Shown here in pieces: positions 38,499 through 46,809 of a stretch of 64,000 nucleotides of DNA. The stretch's first letter is position 1, and each line of letters starts with the position of its first letter. The notes beneath the pieces are model-generated. The model was not told the DNA's origin and searched no databases. It was given only the letters and a program-made list of their open reading frames with translations. The DNA is taken from NCBI GenBank assembly GCA_965227515.1, contig CBDDFZ010000001.1, positions 3,520,001-3,584,000 of the forward strand, read 5' to 3'. Source of the stretch: Alphaproteobacteria bacterium. Its GTDB lineage: Bacteria; Pseudomonadota; Alphaproteobacteria; CALKHQ01. The position numbers were made by a program, and so were the translations under genes.

Positions 38499-39578
38499 AT
38501 GAAATTGCTGGTTGGTGCCGTTACGGCCGCAACCTGCGCGCTACCCGTATCGGCGTGGGCGCAGGAAACGATCAACCTGACCGTGGCATCCAGCCACCCC
38601 ACGGTGGTGCCCTGGGTCGGCATGATCCAGACCCACTTCATGGCGCGGACCGACGAGATCCTCGCCGAATCCGGCAACTACGTGATCGAGTGGAACGAGG
38701 CCTTCGGCGGCCAGCTCTACCGCGCCAACGCCACCCTGACCTCGGTCGAGGAAGGCATCACCGATATCGGCTGGGTGTTCTCGTTCCTGGAGGCGGCCAA
38801 GCTGCCGTTGAGCCAGGTGTCGTCGAACGCGCCCTTCTCCACCGCCAATCCGCCGGTGCTGCTGGACGTGATGGAGGAGTTGCTGGAGACCAACGAGGCG
38901 TTCCTGGAGGAGTGGGAGAGCCATAATCTGAAGGTCCTGGGCCTGACCGCCACCGACCTATACGACATCTACCTGAAGGAGCCGATTGACGGCATCGCCG
39001 GCATCGACGGCCTGAAGCTGTCGGCCCCCGGCGTGCTCGGCAACTGGCTGCGCGGCACCGGCGCCAATGCCGTCGACGGCGCGCTGACCACGTTTTACAC
39101 CGACATCCAGACCGGCGTGTCCGACGGCGTGCTGACCCTGGCCTTGGGCGCACTGCCGATCAAGCTCTACGAGGTGGCGCCCTACATCCACCGCTTCGAT
39201 GCGGGCGCGGCATTCTCCGGTGCGGTCGCCATCAACCGCGACACCTGGGACGGCCTGCCCGAGGAAGTGCAGAACGCCATGATCGAGGCCGGCAAGTACT
39301 ACACCGAATCCCACGGCCAGGACCTTGTCGAGCGGCACGAGTTCGCCCTCAACAAGATGGTCGAGTTGGGCGCCGAGCAGGACCCGCCAGTGACCATCAT
39401 CGTGATGCCGGCCGAGGAGCGCCAGGCCTGGGTCGACTCCTTGCCGAACCTGGGGGCCGAGTGGGCCGCCCCGCTGGAGGAGCGTGGCCTGCCGGCGCTC
39501 GACTTCATGCGCGCTTATATGGACGGCCTGCGTGCCCATGGCGAGGAGCCGGTGCGCGCCTGGGACGAGGAACTCTGA
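38499..39578 (+). CDS. dctP: TRAP transporter substrate-binding protein
   Basis: Signal peptide, FGGQL, YTDIQTGV.DG, W..LP.EVQ; GLKLS in place of G.K.R. Confidence 0.88.
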   Translation: MKLLVGAVTAATCALPVSAWAQETINLTVASSHPTVVPWVGMIQTHFMARTDEILAESGNYVIEWNEAFGGQLYRANATLTSVEEGITDIGWVFSFLEAAKLPLSQVSSNAPFSTANPPVLLDVMEELLETNEAFLEEWESHNLKVLGLTATDLYDIYLKEPIDGIAGIDGLKLSAPGVLGNWLRGTGANAVDGALTTFYTDIQTGVSDGVLTLALGALPIKLYEVAPYIHRFDAGAAFSGAVAINRDTWDGLPEEVQNAMIEAGKYYTESHGQDLVERHEFALNKMVELGAEQDPPVTIIVMPAEERQAWVDSLPNLGAEWAAPLEERGLPALDFMRAYMDGLRAHGEEPVRAWDEEL

Positions 39579-39597
39579 TCACGCACGCCTTCGCGTC

Positions 39598-40173
39598 GTG
39601 ACCGATCTCCACGATACGGGTGGCGCCCCGCCTCAGGGGCGCCACCTGCCGCTTCCCATGCGGCTGTGGCACGGCGTCGTCGAGAGCCTGGCGGCACTCG
39701 GCACGGCGCTGATCGTCGGCCTGATGCTGATCATCTGCGCCGACATCGTGGCGCGAAACCTGTTGGGGGCGTCGCTGCCCCTGGTCTCCGAACTCGGTGC
39801 GTTGCTGCTGGTGATGATCGTCGCCCTGCAACTCGCCGCGGCCGTGCGCGCCGACCGCCTGGCACGCACGGAAATCTTCTTCCGGCCGTTCACCCGCAAG
39901 CATCCCAGGGCCGGCGGCGTGCTGGCCGCCCTGTTCAACCTGGCTGGTGCCGCGATGGTCGGCGGCATGGCGTGGGCCACCGTCGGCACGCTGGTGAAAG
40001 ACTGGGGTTCCGACGAGTTCATCGGCACGCCAGGTCTCGGCACCCTGCCGACATGGCCGTTCCGGGCGCTGATCTTGCTTGGGCTCGCGGTTGCCGCCAT
40101 CGAGTTCGTGGTGCGCAGCGTGCAGGCCGTGCGCACGACCGTCGCGGACACCGGTCCAGAGCCAGGACCGTGA
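39598..40173 (+). CDS. dctQ: TRAP transporter small permease
   Basis: ADIVARNL, four TM segments, P.WP; start site uncertain (39598 GTG or 39658 ATG). Confidence 0.85.
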   Translation: MTDLHDTGGAPPQGRHLPLPMRLWHGVVESLAALGTALIVGLMLIICADIVARNLLGASLPLVSELGALLLVMIVALQLAAAVRADRLARTEIFFRPFTRKHPRAGGVLAALFNLAGAAMVGGMAWATVGTLVKDWGSDEFIGTPGLGTLPTWPFRALILLGLAVAAIEFVVRSVQAVRTTVADTGPEPGP

Positions 40174-41483
40174 GCCCACTCGAAATCGGGCTGGTTGCGA
40201 TCGCCGCTCTGCTGTTCCTGATCTATCTGGGACTGCCGATCGGCATCGGCATGCTCGTGGTCTCGTTCGTTGGCGTGTCTTTCATCCGCAACGACGCGGT
40301 CGCGATGAACATGCTGGGCGCCGTCGCCAACGACAGCCTGGAGGAATACCTGTTCGCGGTGGTGCCCCTGTTCGTGCTGATGGGGCTGCTGGTCACCGTT
40401 TCCAATGTCGGCAAGGACACGTTCGATGTGTTCGAGCGGCTGCTCAGGCGCATCACCGCCGGCCTGGGCATGGCGACCGTGTTCGCCAACGCCGTGTTCG
40501 CGTCCATCACCGGCATTTCCATCGCGTCCGCGACCGTGTTCAGCCGGGTCGCGGTGCCGGAGATGACCCGCCACGGCTATTCCAAGAAGTTCGCCACCGG
40601 CGTGGTTGCCGGCTCGTCCGTCCTCGGCATGCTGATCCCGCCATCGCTGCTGATGATCGTTTATGCCGTGCTGGCCGAGGAATCGGTGGGGCGCATGTTT
40701 CTGGCCGGCGTCGGGCCGGGCCTGCTGCTCGCCATCGCCTTCTCAGGCACCATCCTGCTGATGGCGTGGCGACGGCCGTCCATGGTGTTCGACACCAAGA
40801 ACGACACCGAAGGCTACGAACACTTCACCGCGCTTCAGATGATGTGGAAGGCGGTGCCGATCCTGGCGCTCATGCTGCTGGTGCTGGGCGGGCTCTACGG
40901 CGGGTTCCTGAACCCGACCGAGGCTGGCGCCGCCGGTGCATTCGGCGCCCTGGTCATCGCGTTGCTGCGCAAATCGTTGTCGCGGACACGGTTCTGGAAG
41001 CTGCTGGTCGAGACCGGACAGATCACGGTCTCGGTGTTGTTTCTGATCCTGTCCGCCACCCTGTTCTCGCGCATGCTGGCACTGTCCGGCGTGCCGCACG
41101 AACTGGCCACCATCTTTCTGGAAAGCCCGATCGGCCCGTATGGGTTCCTGATCGTCTACCTGCTGCTGATCATCGCGCTCGGCTGCCTGATCGACTCGAT
41201 TTCGATCATGCTGATCGTGCTGCCGATTGCCTTGCCGGTGGCCGAGCAGGCGCACTTCGACCTGATCTGGTTCGGCGTGCTCACCGTCGTGGCGGTCGAG
41301 ATGGGGCTGCTGACACCACCTTTCGGGCTGTCGGTCTACACCATCAAGTCCGCGATCAACGATCCCGACCTCAAGGTCGGCGACATCTTCCGTGGCGCCC
41401 TGCCCTTCGTCTTTGCCATGCTGGTGTCGCTCGCCATTCTGGTCGCGGCGCCGGCGATCTCCACCTGGCTTGCTTACTTATGA
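40170..41483 (+). CDS. dctM: TRAP transporter large permease
   Basis: VVPLFVLMG, LGMLIPPS, PTEAG, LTPPFG; GTGA overlap. Confidence 0.94.
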   Translation: MSPLEIGLVAIAALLFLIYLGLPIGIGMLVVSFVGVSFIRNDAVAMNMLGAVANDSLEEYLFAVVPLFVLMGLLVTVSNVGKDTFDVFERLLRRITAGLGMATVFANAVFASITGISIASATVFSRVAVPEMTRHGYSKKFATGVVAGSSVLGMLIPPSLLMIVYAVLAEESVGRMFLAGVGPGLLLAIAFSGTILLMAWRRPSMVFDTKNDTEGYEHFTALQMMWKAVPILALMLLVLGGLYGGFLNPTEAGAAGAFGALVIALLRKSLSRTRFWKLLVETGQITVSVLFLILSATLFSRMLALSGVPHELATIFLESPIGPYGFLIVYLLLIIALGCLIDSISIMLIVLPIALPVAEQAHFDLIWFGVLTVVAVEMGLLTPPFGLSVYTIKSAINDPDLKVGDIFRGALPFVFAMLVSLAILVAAPAISTWLAYL

Positions 41484-41494
41484 CCGGAGCACAC

Positions 41495-42028
41495 ATGACC
41501 AAGCTGTTGTTTTTCGTAGGTAGTTTGCGCGCGGCGTCGTCCTCGCGGGCCGTTGCCACCACCCTCGCCGAGCGGATATCGGACAAGGCCGAAACCGCGT
41601 TCGCCGATATCGCGGGCCTGCCCCATTACAACGCAGATATCGAGAACGACCCGAACGTCGCGGCGCTGATAGACGCCATCGCAGGCGCGGATGGCCTGGT
41701 GTTCGTGACGCCGGAGTACAACTATTCGGTGCCGGGTGTGCTGAAGAACGCCATCGACTGGGCATCGCGCCCGGCCTACCAGTCCGTGTTCAAGGACAAG
41801 CCGTGCCTGGTGATGACCACGTCGGGCGGCGCGATGGGCGGCGTGCGCACGCAATCGCACCTGAAGTACATCCTGAACGGCATGCTGGCGCGGCTGTTCC
41901 CGACCATGGAGGTCATCGTCCCGATGGCCAACAAGAAGGTTGAGGATGGCCGGCTAACCGACCAGGACACCATCGATTTCGCCGGCAAGGCGCTGGATGG
42001 TTTCATTGCATGGATCGAGCAGGCTTAG
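41495..42028 (+). CDS. NADPH-dependent FMN reductase (ChrR/quinone reductase-like flavoprotein)
   Basis: GSLR..S, VTPEYNYS.PG.LKNAIDW.SR, GG.R.Q. Confidence 0.92.
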   Translation: MTKLLFFVGSLRAASSSRAVATTLAERISDKAETAFADIAGLPHYNADIENDPNVAALIDAIAGADGLVFVTPEYNYSVPGVLKNAIDWASRPAYQSVFKDKPCLVMTTSGGAMGGVRTQSHLKYILNGMLARLFPTMEVIVPMANKKVEDGRLTDQDTIDFAGKALDGFIAWIEQA

Positions 42029-42192
42029 CTCCTGCACCTGCGTCGGCACAGCGTGTCGTCGCCCCTTCACAAACACCGTTGTCATCCTTGACCGCGTGAA
42101 ACGCCCTGCCGAGCCGGCGCGTTGTTGTGGCTGTCTCTACTGGGTTCGCACATCTCGAATTGGGCGGCTCGATGTCTGCGAAAAGAAAGAAC

Positions 42193-42369
42193 TGTCGTCC
42201 TCGCCCTTGTGGCGAGGACCCATTGTTGTCCGAAATCTCAATAGTTTGGGGTGAATCGGAATTTGAAATGGCGTCCGGGCGGACATAAGGGACCACTCTG
42301 CCAACCCTTGTTGGCACGGACCCCGGACTGCCCCGCAAATGGGCCCTCGCCACAAGGGCGAGGGCGACG
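42193..42369. repeat. composite palindromic repeat, family A copy 3
   Basis: TGTCGTCCTCGCCCTTGTGGCGAGGACCCAT, 115-bp spacer homologous to copy 2, ATGGGCCCTCGCCACAAGGGCGAGGGCGACG; between convergent genes. Confidence 0.92.
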
Positions 42370-42468
42370 CTATTTCGTAAGCTGGCGTCTCTGAGCGACT
42401 GTTAGCGAGATTTGCGAACGCCGCTGGGCTTGACCAGTCGGCGTATCTCGCAATGACGGATGTGCTGC

Positions 42469-43173
42469 TCAGCCAACAATGGCGGCGCGGTGCCGGGCCA
42501 GCCAGTCGGTGATCACGGCCACGGTTTCGCCTGGCTGTTCCACCGGCATGAAGTGGCCGGCGTTGTCGATCACCGTCAGCTCCGTATCGGGCGCCAGTGC
42601 CGCGATCTCGCGGTGCTGCGGTTCCGGCGACCACGCGTCCTGCGCGCCGGTCATCAGCAGAATTGGGCACGTGATACTGGGCAGATAGGCCCCTGCATCC
42701 GGGCGGGCGACCAGCGCACGGATCTGGCGCTCGTGCACGTCCGCGCCGGAGGCCAGCACCATCTCGGTCAGGTCGGCGACCAGCGCGGTGTCGCTCAGAC
42801 GCGCCGGGTTCAGCATCGGCGGAATCCAGTCCGCCGCCAGCGCGTCCATGTCGGCATGGCCCAGGTCGATCTTCGCCTGCCGCTTCTCCGGCTCGCCCGG
42901 CTTGAGAGGGCCGTGACCGGTGTTTGCCAGCACCATGCCGCGCACGCGCTCCGGCGTCTGGTGCGCCATCTCCATCGCGACACGCCCGCCCATGGAGTGA
43001 CCCACAGGCACGATGGGCCCCTCGGTCTCGGCCAACAGCCGAGCCGCCATGCCCTGCAGGGTGTCGTCACGGGTGACGTCCGCGTCGTGCACCGGCAGGT
43101 CGACCGCATCGGCGAGCGCCTTCCACACCCGCGCGTCGGAAAGCAGGCCGGGGATCAGGACAAGTGTGGTCAT
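42469..43173 (-). CDS. alpha/beta fold hydrolase
   Basis: LIPGL, GHSMGG nucleophile elbow, G.QD, AGH; alternative GTG start at 43200 overlaps the upstream stop. Confidence 0.9.
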   Translation of the reverse strand: MTTLVLIPGLLSDARVWKALADAVDLPVHDADVTRDDTLQGMAARLLAETEGPIVPVGHSMGGRVAMEMAHQTPERVRGMVLANTGHGPLKPGEPEKRQAKIDLGHADMDALAADWIPPMLNPARLSDTALVADLTEMVLASGADVHERQIRALVARPDAGAYLPSITCPILLMTGAQDAWSPEPQHREIAALAPDTELTVIDNAGHFMPVEQPGETVAVITDWLARHRAAIVG

Positions 43174-43192
43174 GCCGTTGGCTCCGTCGCGC

Positions 43193-44083
43193 TCATCCAC
43201 CGACCACGAAACGCGCGGCGGCGCGCATCGTGTCGCCCGGCGCCACGGTCACCGTGCCGGTGGGCGGCGTCTCCTCGCCGCGTTCGTGCAGGTTGAAGGC
43301 GTCGGTGGTGTTCGACACCGGCTCGACGCAGAAAAAGTTCTGACCCGGCGGGGTGTAGACCACCAGATGGCCGAACGGCGGCCCGGCCTCAATGGTGATG
43401 CTGACGCCACGGTCGGGCCACGCCACCACCGCGCGCCCGTCCCAGCCGGCGAAGCAGTTGGCGAGGTCGGTGCCCTCCACCCGGCGCGCTTCGCTGAAAT
43501 CCCAGCGCGCGGGGATCGGCGTCGCCCCGGTGTGCAGGTATTCCTCGTTCACGTTGAACACGTCGGTCGCGTTGAACTGCAGCGTCGCGTCCGGCGTCCA
43601 GTCGTACCAGGGGTGGACGCCCAGCCCGGCCGGCATCGGATCGTCGGACTCGTTGGTAATAGACATCTCGACGGTCAGCGCGTCCGGCGCGAGGCTGTAG
43701 GTCTGATGCGCCGTGTACGCCCATGGCCACCCGCGCCCGGGATTGGGCAGCGCCAGCCGCACCGAGGTGGCGTCCGCATGCTCCACCTGCCACGGGTTCT
43801 GCCAGCCGTCGCCGTGGATCGCGTTCTTCTCCGGCGGCAGGTTGATGGCGAGCTGGTGGGTGCGGCCAAGGAAGGTCAGCTTGCCGCGCTCGATCCGGCC
43901 GGAGAACGGCACCAGCGGGAAGCTCGCCACGCCCATCGGGTCGCGGTTGGCGATCACCTCCGGCGTCGCGGCACGGAACAGGTCGAAGCCGTCGTCGCGG
44001 CGGAAGTGGCTGAGCGCACCGCCGGCGGCCGGTGCCACGCCTGCCGACAGCGGCCCGGCGGAGATGGTCAGCACGTCGCTCAT
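43193..44083 (-). CDS. aldose 1-epimerase family protein
   Basis: FPLVPFSGRI, IHGDGW, G.G.HPW, FCVEP. Confidence 0.9.
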   Translation of the reverse strand: MSDVLTISAGPLSAGVAPAAGGALSHFRRDDGFDLFRAATPEVIANRDPMGVASFPLVPFSGRIERGKLTFLGRTHQLAINLPPEKNAIHGDGWQNPWQVEHADATSVRLALPNPGRGWPWAYTAHQTYSLAPDALTVEMSITNESDDPMPAGLGVHPWYDWTPDATLQFNATDVFNVNEEYLHTGATPIPARWDFSEARRVEGTDLANCFAGWDGRAVVAWPDRGVSITIEAGPPFGHLVVYTPPGQNFFCVEPVSNTTDAFNLHERGEETPPTGTVTVAPGDTMRAAARFVVGG

Positions 44084-44106
44084 CGCGTTCCCCAAAACCC
44101 TTTGAA

Positions 44107-44196
44107 GTCATGCCCGCACTTGTTGCGGGCATCCACGTCTTCCTGGCCGCTCAAGCGGCCATCTCGTGGATGGCCAGGACAAGCCCGGCCATGACG
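44107..44196. repeat. CGTC-type REP doublet, family B
   Basis: GTCATGCCCGCACTTGTTGCGGGCATCCACGTCTT...TGGCCGC-TCAA-GCGGCCA...GTGGATGGCCAGGACAAGCCCGGCCATGACG; left arm identical to the 7210 copy; intra-operon position. Confidence 0.9.
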
Positions 44197-44233
44197 ATTG
44201 TATTGGTGGCCATCGCCTGCGCCGAAAGACACG

Positions 44234-45235
44234 TCAATCCCCCGATCTTCGAAACCGGAGTTCCTGGATCATCACCGCGCCGATCAGGAGCGCCCCCTTG
44301 GCCACGTCCTGGTAGAACGACTGCAGGCCGACCAGCAGCATGCCGGTCTTGAGCACGCCCAGGATCAGCACCGCCAGCACGGCGCCGAAGATTGTGCCCT
44401 TGCCGCCCGCCAGCGCGCAACCGCCCAGGATCGCCGCCGTGATCGCCTCCAGCTCCAGGCCCTCGGAGCCAGAGACCGGCTGGCCGGAACCCGTCCGTGC
44501 GGCCAGGATGACGCCGGCCAGGCCCGCCGCCACGCCGCTGACCGTATAGATCGCGATGCGGTAGCGGGTCAGGTGGATGCCGGCCAGCCGCGCCACGACA
44601 GGGTTGCCGCCCATGGCGTAGACGTTGCGGCCCATCACCGTGAACCGCATGAAGCAGAAGAACAGGGCGGCGACCAGCAGCATCAGGAACACCGGCACCG
44701 GCAGGAAGCCGATGAAGCCGGAGCCGAGCCAGCGGAAACCGTCGTGCAGGATGCCGATGGACCGGCCGTCGGAAATGATCAGCGCCAGCCCGCGAAATGC
44801 CGCCATGGTGCCCAGCGTGGTGATCACCGGGTTGACCCGGCCCAGGGTGACGATCAGCCCGTTGATGCAGCCGGCGAGCCCGCCAGCCGTTAGCGCCGCC
44901 AGCACCGCCACCAGCGCCGACCCCGTCGCCTCGATCGCCAATGCCGCCACCAGCGTGCACAGACCGGTCGCCGAGCCGACGGAGATGTCGAGCCCGCCGG
45001 ACACGATCACCATCGTCTGCGCGATCGCCAGCACGCCCAGGATGGACACGCCAAGCACGATGTTGGTGACCGTGCGGCCCAGGAAGAACGCATCCGGCCT
45101 GATCGCGCCGAAGATCGCGATCAGCAGGATCAGTGCGATCAGCAGGCTGAAATTCTGGGTGCCGATATTGTGGCGGATGAAGTGCAGGACCGGGTTTTCG
45201 TTGCCACCGTCGGCCCGCGCCGTGGTCTCGCTCAT
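44234..45235 (-). CDS. sugar ABC transporter permease (RbsC/AraH type)
   Basis: GGLDISVGS, ITTLGT, GRNVYAMGGN, ELEAITAAILGG. Confidence 0.93.
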   Translation of the reverse strand: MSETTARADGGNENPVLHFIRHNIGTQNFSLLIALILLIAIFGAIRPDAFFLGRTVTNIVLGVSILGVLAIAQTMVIVSGGLDISVGSATGLCTLVAALAIEATGSALVAVLAALTAGGLAGCINGLIVTLGRVNPVITTLGTMAAFRGLALIISDGRSIGILHDGFRWLGSGFIGFLPVPVFLMLLVAALFFCFMRFTVMGRNVYAMGGNPVVARLAGIHLTRYRIAIYTVSGVAAGLAGVILAARTGSGQPVSGSEGLELEAITAAILGGCALAGGKGTIFGAVLAVLILGVLKTGMLLVGLQSFYQDVAKGALLIGAVMIQELRFRRSGD

Positions 45236-46755
45236 GACGCCTGCCTCGTGCCGTACAAATCCTCGCCCATCGCCAGCCGCAGGATGTCGTCCTCGGTGGC
45301 GCCATCGGTCTCCAGCTCGCCGGCGACGGTGCGGTCGCGCATGACCAGGATGCGGTCGGTCACACCCAGAAGCTCGGGCATCTCGGAAGATATCATCAGG
45401 ATCGCCATGCCCCCTTCGGCCAGCTCTTCGATCAATCGGTAGATTTCCGCCTTGGCGCCAACGTCGATGCCGCGGGTCGGCTCGTCCAGGATCAGCACCT
45501 TGGGCTGGCGCGCCAGCCAGCGGCCCAGCACCACCTTCTGTTGGTTGCCGCCGCTGAGTTTGGAGACAAGCTGGCCCAGAGAAGGCGTCTTCACCTGCAT
45601 GCGGTCGACCATGCGGGCCGCGATCACGTTCTCCGCCGCGCGGCGGATGAAGCCGGAGATGCTGATCTTGTCGGGCACGCACAGGCTGATGTTCTCGCGC
45701 ACGCCGCGCATCATCAGCAGCGCCTCGTGCTTGCGGTCCTCCGGCGCGAACCCGATGCCGGCCAGGATGGCGTCGGCCGGGCTGCGCAGGCGCACCGGCA
45801 CATCGTTCACCCGCACCTCCCCGCCGCGCAACCGGTCGAAGCCGAAGATGCCCTTGGCCAGTTCGGTGCGCCCGGCGCCCATCAGGCCGCCGAGCCCGAC
45901 CACCTCGCCCGCACGCACCGCGAGCGAGCAGTCATGCACGTGGTCGGTGGATAAGCCGCGCACGTCGAGCACGACGTCGCCATGTGCCCGGTCGCCGGTC
46001 TGGTAGAAGCTTTCCACCGGACGGCCGACCATGAGCTGGGCGATCTCGCGCTCGTCCACGTCGCCGATGGAGCGAACGTCGATCAGCGCGCCGTCGCGCA
46101 GCACCGCCACCTTGTCGGCCAGCGGCATGATCTCGTGCAGCCGGTGCGAGATGTAGATGACGGCGACGCCCTCCTCGCGCATGCGCCGGATCACCGCGAA
46201 CAGCCGTTGCGCCTCGTCCTCGGTCAGCGACGAGGTCGGCTCGTCGAGCGCCAGCAACTGCACGCCGGATTTCAGTGCCCGCATGATCTCGATCAACTGG
46301 CGCTGTGCCGGGCCGAGATGGCGGCACTGCCGGCGCGGATTGAGCTCGTCCTCGACGCCGAACTGACGCGCCAGCTCAAGCGTGCGCTGCTCCAGGTCGC
46401 GCCAGTCGACGAACAGCCCGCCGGTCTGCTTGAAGTCGCCCAGGAACACGTTCTCCGCCACCGTCAGCTCGGCCACGGTTTCCGGTTCCTGGTGGATAAT
46501 GCGGATGCCGAACGCATGGGCATCGGCGGCGCCGGTCAGCATCACCGGCGCGCGGTCCCGGGTGACCGTGCCCGTGTCCGGCTGGTGCTCGCCTTCCAGG
46601 ATGCGCATCAGCGTCGACTTGCCGGCACCGTTCTCGCCCACCAGCGCCAGCACCTCGCCCGGCGTGAAGTCGAGCGAGACCCCGCGCAGTGCCTGCACCG
46701 GCCCGAACGCCTTGGAGACGTCGCTGACGCCGAATATCGGGCGTTGGTCGCTCAT
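45232..46755 (-). CDS. sugar ABC transporter ATP-binding protein (RbsA/AraG type, two domains)
   Basis: GENGAGKST, LDEPTSSL, LSGGNQQK, DEPTRGIDVGAK. Confidence 0.94.
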   Translation of the reverse strand: MSDQRPIFGVSDVSKAFGPVQALRGVSLDFTPGEVLALVGENGAGKSTLMRILEGEHQPDTGTVTRDRAPVMLTGAADAHAFGIRIIHQEPETVAELTVAENVFLGDFKQTGGLFVDWRDLEQRTLELARQFGVEDELNPRRQCRHLGPAQRQLIEIMRALKSGVQLLALDEPTSSLTEDEAQRLFAVIRRMREEGVAVIYISHRLHEIMPLADKVAVLRDGALIDVRSIGDVDEREIAQLMVGRPVESFYQTGDRAHGDVVLDVRGLSTDHVHDCSLAVRAGEVVGLGGLMGAGRTELAKGIFGFDRLRGGEVRVNDVPVRLRSPADAILAGIGFAPEDRKHEALLMMRGVRENISLCVPDKISISGFIRRAAENVIAARMVDRMQVKTPSLGQLVSKLSGGNQQKVVLGRWLARQPKVLILDEPTRGIDVGAKAEIYRLIEELAEGGMAILMISSEMPELLGVTDRILVMRDRTVAGELETDGATEDDILRLAMGEDLYGTRQAS

Positions 46756-46809
46756 ATCTCTGACAAGGAAACGGCGAGGCGCGCGCCCGCGCCCCGCCGT
46801 CCGGTCCTG

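Noticed and set aside
4558-42353. Recurring peptide MGPRHKGEDD / SSSPLWRGPI in several short ORFs
   Set aside because: It is the translation of the family A repeat arm; the ORFs share no start or stop, and the DNA changes follow base pairing rather than codons
4563-44196. ~30-bp palindromic repeats as a possible CRISPR array
   Set aside because: The copies are dispersed inverted pairs, not tandem direct repeats with regular spacers, and there are no cas genes
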